A DNA stretch of 64,000 nt, taken from NCBI RefSeq assembly GCF_964355755.1, contig NC_092675.1:31634885-31698884 (forward strand), in the 5' to 3' direction. Source of the DNA: Antedon mediterranea (lineage: Eukaryota; Animalia; Echinodermata). Under the pieces are notes generated by a model that worked only from the letters and a program-made list of their open reading frames with translations, made no database searches and was not told the DNA's origin. Shown piece after piece: positions 31,030 to 42,100 of the stretch. The first letter of the stretch is position 1; every line of letters begins with the position of its first letter. Both the position numbers and the translations under genes were made by a program.

Positions 31030-33177
31030 TTATTTTGTATTCGTTTGTGTTTAAACAGCATACAGTATATGCATGGTGATACTATTGATATTTTCTGGAA
31101 GAAAATCTTTTGAAACATGTCGATAGACCTATAGCAGCTAAATATACAGTATATATTACATTGGCCATGCTTGGCCTGGTTGCTGAATTTAGACATGTAA
31201 ACACACATAATTTCCCACACATTCAATGTATTATACACGTTCAGTCATGTCACTCCCTTCCCTCTCAGAAATGACTCATGCAATCCTTTGTTCGCTGCAT
31301 TTGATGAGGTAGGCCAAAGCATATTTTTATGATTAGAAATCTACATTTGCTACATCTTTTAATTTTAAAATGAGAAAATTTTCTTTGTAAGGATCCTTCC
31401 TCTTTCCATCCGCATCCATTTCAAACATACAAGTATGTTACCGATTGGAAGGTGTTTCAGAGTAGTTGCAGATGGAAGCTGAATATCACATTGTAGATTT
31501 TATAAATTATTATAATATATTTTTAAAACAATAAATGGACTGATACATGTGGATAATTTATCGGCCTAATTAATTTTAGGAGTCAATTGGATGATTTCCA
31601 AGCTGGTTTTGTCGGTGAAGGTCTAACTACATGAGTAAAATTGGCAGCCACGAATTGCTTAAATTGATTATTATATATATATAATGGTTGGTCTTATACT
31701 GAGCTGATGCTAACGAAGGAATAATGGTGGCCTTGTTTTTCAGTCTTTTTATGTTAGTGACGTTATACCATGTAGTTCCCATATATATATAATTGTACCT
31801 TTAGGTCTGTACTGTAATAGTTAGTATTAATTAATAAATAGCCAATATACTAATGTATTCAGGTCTGTACTGTAATAGTTAGTATTAATTAATAAATAGC
31901 CAATATACTAATATATTCAGCTGCAATCGTTTTCAGTACGTTTATACTAAGACACTAAACAATGTTAAATTATACAATTGCATATTATTAATCATAATAT
32001 AGTTTTAATGTAATGTATTGATATTTTTTAATGTTTTATATATTGTATGTTTTTTTAAGCATCAAGAACAAAATTTCATGTTCGCCTAGTTGTGTTCATG
32101 ACAATAAAGATTTATCTCATCTTAGTTCCAGCTCCATTACAATAATTTACACGTATTTTTAATCGTATACTTTGTATTATTTGTCATATTTATCTTGGAA
32201 ATAAAATTTACTACTTCTTTTTTTTTTATATGACAACAAGATTTGGCAGAACAAACGAACCTCTGCATCAATAAATAATAAGTTTACTAATCAATCAATC
32301 AATTTTAAATGTTAGCATGAATTTTTCTTTAGAATACGGGTAAGAAATATAATTATTCTGCCAAATCTAGAAACAAATCAAGGGCGTAGAGTAATCGCTA
32401 AGACGGAAGCTGAATCTGTGTTTCTCCAGTATCAGGAAAATTTGAGAAGACAGCATACAGTATGTTTCACATATGTATCGCCTATAATCATAAACCAACC
32501 TTACCCTATGATACAGGCGCGCATATGCAATACACATCAAATGCTGTTTAATGCTATAGTATGTCGATATACAGCACTAATCGGGTATATTCTGAAGGTT
32601 TAAAATACACGTCCCGTATTAAACAAACGGAAAACATAGTATAGAAACAAAATGTTGAAGATGAATGAATTGAAACATAAAAATAAATTAGAAAGGGATT
32701 AATAAACTGTAGTATAGCCATCAAAACAAGCCAAGTCCGCGTTATGGGGCTAGGGTTAATCGATTAATCATACATTTTTGTTAAACAATAGGTTTATTAC
32801 TTTTCCAACTTAATTCGGCTAAGTACACCTCTGAAAAATCTGGATTAGGTCCATGAATAAAATAACGAAGATGAAACCAGGCTACCTTACGAGATCATCA
32901 ATCAATCAGAGCTTGTAGCCCCTCTATCATAACTTTTAATTATCGAATAAAGCGTATATATTATGTGAATTCGACTTTGTTGTAGTCTGCATCCAGATAC
33001 AAGAGAAAAATTAAAGTGGGTAGGTATTTTACAAATTGTAACTCTCGTTACTGTAATGCTCTCTAAATGGTCGTTTACTAAATATTTTAATATTTCTATT
33101 GTCGATTGACTTTTGCATATCTTGTGATCGTTCAGAATTGTTTTTGTTTTGTTTATAAGGAGGTGATTCTGACAAAA

Positions 33178-36100
33178 ATGAACAAGCAAACAGAGTATGA
33201 CCGTTCTCAAAAGTCTTGCAACCACAAATGTGGTAGGCCTACAATTGATCATCCGATTCCATTTCTTGTGATTGCATGTCTACAATTCCTAACTGCAATT
33301 GCTGCTGGAACATATTTTGGTGGTGTGATAAGCACACTTGAAAAACAATTTCAATTTGACAGTAAAATGTCTGGATTAGTAGGTATCATAAACGATGCAT
33401 CAAGTTTATCAGCTGTTTTATTTGTAACATATTACGGATCGAAGTCAAATCAGCCAAGAATTATTGGAATAGGAGCTATAGTTAGTTCGCTCGGTTATTT
33501 CTGTTGTGCGGTGCCGCATTTTTTCAATGATAATTATCAATACAAAGGCATGTCAACAAACGATGAACAACAAAATACTGGTCCACTTTGCAATGTTACC
33601 CTTGGTAATAATTCGGCTGAAGAAATACTGGAAACAGTGTATGTTGAGAAAGACACGAGTGGCATTGCTTGGCTTTGTATTGGCAATTTGTTGATTGGTT
33701 TTGGTACATCACCATTATTCCCGTTGACACTTACTTATCTTGATGATTCTACAATCGATCCTTCCACAACATCGATTTATATTGGTAATTATACAACCTT
33801 TAATTTACTGTAATCAATTACCATATTTGAAATTTTAGTCGTTTAAATTGATTTTAATGAAAGCTACTTGCATTTATGATCAGTTTAAATGAGTTATTTT
33901 ATGCTTCTCCTAAATTGTTTAACCAATTAAATAATTGTTGTTATAATTATCCTTTCTTAGGTACCTTTATGACGATGACATCATTTGGACCTCTTCTGGG
34001 GTTCTTTACTAGTTACAAGTGTTTGTCATTATACGTTGACTTCGAACGCTTTAGTGTAGAAGACAAGCCACTAGGATTTCGAGATCCAACTTGGCTAGGT
34101 GCTTGGTGGCTTGGATATCTTTGTGTCAGTGCTTTAATGTTATTTTTGTCTTTACCAATGTTTTTCTTTCCAAGACACCTCACCAAGCACGAATGTCAGA
34201 TATGTAGCCGAATGATTAATGATGGTAAAAAAGAAGACATTATGGTTGGAATGTCTTTTCGTATGTTCAATGAATCTAGCGTCCTTGCAAATATTATTGG
34301 TAAGATACAAACTATTACAAAGTCAACCTCAAAAGAAAATTAAAAATATCAATCTGTTTACCAATTTTTATGAAAATTTAAAAATATTTTTCTCTATATG
34401 ATTACATAGCCCGCAAAATATTGTCTATTATACGATGTTGACAAAAACAAAGAAGACAACAGAACGATAAATATCATGTTTGTTAATTTAAGCTTAAATT
34501 AGTTTCTTCCATAAAAATCACCGTATAATTACTATTGTAAACATTTATTTGGTTTATTGTTTAGGTTTTATGAAAGCAATTAAAAGACTGATAATGAATC
34601 CTGTATTGACATTCGTATTATTGGCAACAGCTTGTGACGTAGCAATTATTGGAGGCTTCATATTCTTTGTAGCCAAGTATATTCAAGTGCAGTTTAATGT
34701 AGCTCCAGCTATCGCTTCCATCATCGTTGGTAAGACTTACTGATCATAATGCTCATAACTCATTTTCCTTAAAAACCATAAGATCGCTATTCTTTCAAAA
34801 CTCAAGTGTATCCACATCCACATATAGAAAAAATCAGTTTTCTTTAAAAGGGTTGGGGTGGTTGTGTTTAAAAAAAAATTAAGATGCTCATCATCCGTAA
34901 GCATTAACTAACTGATGGTTGTAGAGATCATCAACGGGAGAAATTTAAAGAACTTCCAACGAAAAGTGACAAAAAGATTACATATGCAATTTTCTTCTCC
35001 ACCGGCATAGTTTGTTGCAGATCACGTCATACGTATTTAGTGTCACTTTTTAAGACCAATTTATGTAAATTTAATTTATTTAATTACAAGAACAGTAATT
35101 CCAACTGTTACGTAAAAAGGTCGAGCGGCTTTTTTTGTAAGAAATATTTCTTGTTATTTTTAGGTCTTACCACAGCTCCAGGTAATATAATTGGCAACGT
35201 TATAAGCAGTTTTATAATAAAAAGATTAAAACTAAAGTTACGCGGCTTATCTCTCATGGTAGTAAGCATCTGTTTGACGGCGGCGTGTTTGTCAATTCCT
35301 GTACTCTTTATTGGATGTACCAATCCTAAAATAGCTGGTGTAACTGTTAACTATGAAAATCACCAACAATTGTAAGTAATTCACATCCATCTAAATATTA
35401 GGGTGTCTAGAAAACTTAGATCTCAGATATATCTGAGTTTTCTAGATCTAGACAACTCAGATATCTGATACTATAAATTTTTTTGATACTGCCACGTTAG
35501 ATAGAAAATGTCTGACGATTTTACCGTCGTATTAGGCCTACTACCCACAACCTGATTGTTTACTCAGCCACAACTCAGACGTTTAATTGATTCCCATCCT
35601 GGTCATCAAGTTAAAGCCCGTATAAACACGATAAGTATGATCAATTATCTAACTTATATTTGTAATTTGTTTGGTTTCATCCTTAACAGAAGTTTACCAG
35701 TTGCTGGTGATGCCTGTAATCAGCATTGCTCATGTTCAAACGGTGTTTACGAACCTGTTTGTGGCGCAGATGGTGTAACGTATCTATCCCCGTGCCATGC
35801 AGGATGTACTACACTACACAATGATATTGCTAACAACAAAATGGTATCAAAATTACTCTCAATATTTTACTGAGTGATTTTTTATAATAATATTTAATAA
35901 TGTAATGAGTTTAGTACAATTTGTTTTTAAACATTTATTAGATTATAATATGTAGGCATATGTGAATAATTAATTCTAACAAAGAATGTATATTGTTTGT
36001 TTGATGTTTTTATAATTTACAGAACTTTTCGGACTGTGCATGCATTGGTCAATCTTACACGGACAGTGACATTCCTGTGGCTATTGAGGGCGTATGCAAT

Positions 36101-39100
36101 TTTGTTTGTGATAAAACATTTGTATTTGCTCTATTTGTTGCAATCATTTCAATGTTTGCTAGTATGAGAACAAATCCATGCGTAATGACAACATTAAGGT
36201 ACCTACCGTATGTCAAGTGTTAGTTCCGCATTTTACAATATTTTTGCACGCACCACCCGTAATTCCGTATTCGACATACATATCGGGATACTTCCTTCAT
36301 GGACAGTCAAACTATTTACCTTTCGTATGAGATTTTTCGTTTTTGGTCCATTTACTCATTTATGCATTTCTTCAATTTATTGGAAAATACCAATAATACT
36401 GTACCAATATGAAAATGTAAAGTTTATTTACTTAGATCTGTAGCAGACGAGGACAGAGCTGTAGCGATGGGTTACCAGAGTCTTGTAGTAAGAACACTAG
36501 GTAATTTTAATGACCTACCTTGCTTCAATATTACTTTATTTTCAAGATGATTCTCTCAATTAGTAAGGGAGTGCAGACGCATTCTCTCCATAAATTCTTC
36601 TTTTTTTCTAATTCGAACCTATCCATAAAATCCTTACGGGCTGCGGCTGCCAAAAATTATTTTTTAAAGAACTGATTGATTACGTTGTAGGTTTCTTACC
36701 TGCTAGCCTATACTTTGGTGCCGCTATTTCTTCAACATGTTTATATCGTCAAGAAACAGATGCTGGAAATGGTGCATGTCTAATATACGATCTTGAACAT
36801 TATCGTTTTGGCTTCATTGGTACTTTTGTCGCTTTGAAGGTTATGGGTGGTATTTTTGCATGTTGTGTCTTTTTGACTGTTAAGGTAAGATATTCTGTTT
36901 TATATAAGAATAGCATGCATTCAATATTTCTATATAATTTGTTTCTACACCATTAATAATGTAATATAATGTTGCGTTGAGGTACTAATGAAGACTCTTA
37001 CTCGCTTGACTGTCGTAACACATATATTGTTTATTCAGTATAATACTTCAGTACAATATACAACTATAAGTATAGATAAGGAACGGACGATCAATGATGC
37101 TGTCAGTGAGGTGTGAAGTGTGTTAGTCTGCTTCTGGAGAAGTGGCTGTGAGGTGTAGATGTTCTTCTGAAGAAATGGCTGTGAGGTGTGTGCTCTGTGA
37201 GGTGGCTGTAAGGTGTGTCTGGGCCCTTCTGAAACTTGGGAGTATATTGGCCCTCGGTTCATTTGCATATGTCACTACGTAATATTAGAGGGTAACGATT
37301 GGTCCTAAGTTGATCCAGGGGTGTTTAAGTGGGAGTGATTGATCTTATCTGGGGAGGTTACAATGATGAATTGGCCCTGTCGAATCTCTGCTTAAAACTG
37401 TCAGTATCTAATTGTTTTACGATGGGAACGGTCGCAAAGTTAAGCTAAGTGTTTTCTTTAGGGACTCTATTATAAACTAAATGGTCATTAAAACATCTGG
37501 ACAAACTCTCCCCTGGACTTTCTGGGTCAAGTTTGTGAACTTATTTGAATTCCGATACAAAGGTCGATTTCTTAAATATAAAAGTATATCGTTATATTAC
37601 ATCCCTCTGTTTCCCTTTTTTTCTTCTTCTAATCTATTTAAAATATAAAAATGGTTATAATGGTGGCATGCAAAATTAAAGTTATATAAAGGAAAAAAAA
37701 ACATTATTATACATATATGCAAAATTGAGTTAGCCAAAACCATTGACTCTGAAGTGTAACCTTATCACTTTCACTCTCTCTCTTCTCTCTCTTTAAAAAA
37801 ATGAAATTAAAAATGAATTTGGTATAAAAATTCGGATTACCGAAATATAAACATCACAACGGTTGGGTTTCCCTAAAAAACATCGGTCAAGAAGTCGACT
37901 CTCGTTAATTATTTGAAATAGAAAAAAATTTTTATAAAGGATAAATTGAAATCAATCGGTGGGTTTATATAATAATCGATAAAAACGGAATGCACTCCAC
38001 GGTATGTCCAACATGTAGGTAGTGGTGTAAGGGATCTCATTCAAATATACCATACCGCAATTCAAGCATTGGTATTTCTTGTTGAAGGATATTTGTTGGC
38101 AATTTTTGTGAAAAAATGTGCCGCAGCATTTGTTGATTGTACAATCAGTATGAAAGTTTTTAATTTCGGGGTTACATTGACAAATTTGGCAGGGGGTATC
38201 TTGGTATTTATTTTCCAGGTACTGCATGTTACGGATGTGCGAATGTAGTTTTTTCTTATATTTAGTTACAACATATCCAAATGGTGAGTGTTCGCTAGGT
38301 TTTAATTCGTCTTGGGGTATGATGCCTGTTTGTTGTCGGACTCTTGAAAAAAATGTTGTGCATTGTGGGGCTTTGATGTCTTTTGTAATTGCTAAGAGCA
38401 GGAGGGTCATAGAATAAATATGTTGTCTGTGAAATGCATGTGTGTTTGGTATACAAGTGGCGATGCCGTCTAGATTAATGGAAAGGTCGATTGTGGAAAA
38501 GTCAAGTAGGGCTGGTTCACTCTTATGCTTCCAAATGTAGTCTATAATGGGGGAGGACATTTTGTCGAAACAACATAAATAACTGCCAATGTGTAAAAGG
38601 GTATTTAATTTGAGGTTTGTCAGTTGGTCTGCTGGACGGATGTCGCAAAGGAATAATAAAACTCTTTTCAAGGAATCTAAAGTAAATGGCATCGTTTTGG
38701 TAATATGGAGAATTACGTTTTGTTCGCTTTGGTAAAGGATTATCTTCTTTATAAGGGCACATTCTGTGGACAGGGGCGTCATTTGAATTTTGTGTTTTAA
38801 GCATTACTGTGTAACGTCAAGCTTTTCGGATTCCATTTTAGGGGGAAATTTGGAATTGACTAAAATTACGATAAATAAAATTAAAATGTATTTAAAATAA
38901 ACAATATTAAACTAAATAAACGATATAAAACTCAAACAATAAAATTTCAAGTTCAACTATTACAACAATCTCACAAAAGTAAATTAACTTATAATTCGAC
39001 AGTAAATAATGTATATTTGATACGCTCGTGCAACTTATTTATAGTCTGCCCATCCGGTTGTTTATATATATATAGCTCGTAATTGGCTCTACTCCTCCCT

Positions 39101-42100
39101 CGAGCGTTAATCAAACGTCAATTGGTCAAATTTAAAGAACTTAGAGAATATGTACAATGAATATATATCAAACAAACGCACATCGATCACCGCCTATCAT
39201 AACGCCACCTATCGTAACACCACCCCCAATACGTAATGTAAACATTCGACAACCTCCAGAGGAACGACTAGTAGACAAAAATAAGCAAAGCAAAGATACT
39301 ACACATCGAAATGTACCAGTTGAATTGTATACATCGCCCAAACCACTAGTACCCAACATAACTGAATTTAAGTCAGCACACATCCCAAAACAACAAGACT
39401 TAGATAGATTAATTGATGTTATTCAAAGAAAGATAATTAGAGATTATAACCTCCCAGTAGATGTTAAACAATTACGTGTTGAACAAGAAACTTCACCATT
39501 TTTTAAGCCAGTTTACGATTATTTAGCTCATGATATCCTTCCAGCTGATAAGAAAGCAGCTCGTGCAGTTCAGAATAAGTCAGAGCAGTACATATTGTGC
39601 AACGGTTTACTATTCCGTTTATTTTTCCAAGATAAAGGTGGAGAATTTGTATTGCAATTAGCTGTTCCTGAAAACTTATCAGAGACTATTATTTCTCAGT
39701 ATCACGACAATTTGTTAAGTAGCCACCAAGGTACGATGCGTACTTACCTTACCATTAGGAAATTATTTTACATGCCCCTTATGTTCGAGAAAGTCAACAA
39801 TTATACCCAAGCGTGTCTCAGATGTCAACAATTTCGTCCCAAAACCGATAAATTACGTCCTTTACACGATCGAGTACCAGCAACTTACCGTCCCTTTCAT
39901 ACACTCAGTCTAGATTTTAAGAGTATGCCAACATCACCTTCAGGTTTTAAACATATTATGGTAGTATGTGATGAGATAACTAGATTTTTGATTTGTGTAC
40001 CTTTGAAATCCATTGATGCCGAAACAATTTGCGAAGCACTAATTCAAAAGGTCATCAGTATTTTTGGGCCCCCATCTCGTCTTATTTCAGATGCAGCAAC
40101 CTCCCTTACAGGAAAATTATTAACACTATTATGTAATACCCTTAATATTGATAGGAAAATCATCAGCGTCCACAATCACGGTAGTTTACAAGTTGAACGT
40201 CATATCCGCACCGTATCGGACCTGTTAAAGGTCAACCTTAACCAATTCGGAACAGATTGGGTTAGATTTGTATCAACAACATGTTATGCTTATAACTCGT
40301 TTTCATCCCCACATCTAGGAAACCACTCCCCTTACGAATTAGTTTTTGGCCGCCAACTTCCAAGTTTGACCTCATTAGCATTTAACCCTATTTCAGGATT
40401 GTCTCATTCCTATGAAGAATACTTTGAACATCTCAAGAAGAAATTTCAAAACATTTCACAGACAATGCTACAATTACAGCGAACACAACAAAACGTCCAA
40501 AACTCGAAAATTTCCCAACGCTTAGAAAAAAGTCCAATTTACTCAGTAGGACAACTCGTATATTTATACAAGCCAACATCATCATCACTAACAGCAAATT
40601 CAAAGAAAATCGCCGCAGAATGGGTCGGACCATTAGTGATTCATGAAGTACTAGACAGAACACACTACATCCTAGCGACGATTAAAGGAGAAATACTTCG
40701 CGACGTATTCAATTATAAAAGACTGAAACCCTGTTTTATGAGAACGCCTAAAGAACGCAAAAATTTTACACATCTACAAAAACTTAAACAATTGTTGAAT
40801 GAACCCACCGATGATAATAACGAGAAAATCCAAAACACCATTAATGTAGTAAATGACGAAACCAATGTTGAACATGATAGGACACCAGCCCAATTGCAAT
40901 CAGATACCCTTACACATCCAACTAAGATAGAACCCCTTAACTTGCAACCTTACATTGACTGTGTAGAGAATAACATGGGATTAGCAGCCCCATTCCAAAT
41001 GAAAGAAGAACAAATTAAGGAACAAACTAATTTAATTATGACAGCACCTAATGATTCAAATATGATATTAAACCGAGGTAGATTTAAAGCAGGACATTTC
41101 CAAGTTTTAGTTTCATATTCTAAACCGACTTCAGCCGAACGCAACACCGATAAAACAAAACACGAATCTAATGATCGCAAATTTTGGTGGAATATTGACA
41201 GATATAACGATACAGATAAATTAATTAAAGAGATCATTAATGATAAACAGATACCGATAAGTGGATCGCCAAAACGATTCATAAAACGTTTGTATAATGC
41301 AACGAATTACTGATTTAATTTTTTTTTGCAAGATTATTTTTAAATTACGACATTTGCTAAATTAATGATAGCATAGTCTACGTATTTGATGAGATTTGTT
41401 TAGTAATGATGTGATTTCAGTTAAAAGAGAATTGAATTTATGTTTAAGTATTGATTTGTAACGAGTTTTTTGATAAAGATTAATTTTGAATTTTGATGAT
41501 CGATATATTGAGATATTGAAAAGAACGACAATCATTTTGTAACAAATATTTTGTTTAACCTTTGAGTCGTTAATCTCAAGCATTAATTAATTGATATACA
41601 ATAACAGGAGATTTTCTTAGTACTTTTAATTGTAATTTTTTTTTAAATTGAGTACAAAAGTCGAATTTGTCGATTGATTGAAATCGTAATTACCTGTGAA
41701 TATAAATGCTTAAATCGATAAAGTTGTGATGATAACGATATATTGTGGATAAGTTTGTGTCAACGGGACACACACATTTGTTTCTTTTAAAGTTTTAAGT
41801 GATTAAGTTTGATATTTTGATTTTAGGCTAATCAGCCACAGTTTCTTGAGTTTTATGTTTTAATTTGATGATTTATGTTTGAAGGCCATTAGAATGCGAT
41901 GAGTTGTCGCACAATTTGATGTATGTTCAATGTAACATACTATTTTTAAGTTTTGTATTTTTATTTGAACTGATTTATGTTTGATTTACGCGAATTTTAT
42001 ACCAAATTAATTTTTAATTTCATTTTTTAAAAAGAGAGAAGAGAGAGAGTGAAAGTGATAAGGTTACACTTCAGAGTAAATGGTTTTGGCTAACTCAATT

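Noticed and set aside
35679-35689. TCCTTAAC U12-like branch motif in an SLCO intron
   Set aside because: It abuts the AG with no spacing, and the donor is a standard GTAAGT.
36941-36952. Minus-strand TGGTGTAGAAAC just outside the left LTR as a primer-binding site
   Set aside because: It lies 7 nt from the LTR end, beyond the TSD, in the short host intron. The resemblance to a tRNA 3' end is only a few bases and no internal domain follows.
36981-37036. Hammerhead-like string in the LTR end (CTAATGA-A-GAC...GTC-GTAAC)
   Set aside because: Two invariant core positions are altered and stem I does not pair. At most a vestige; not supportable.
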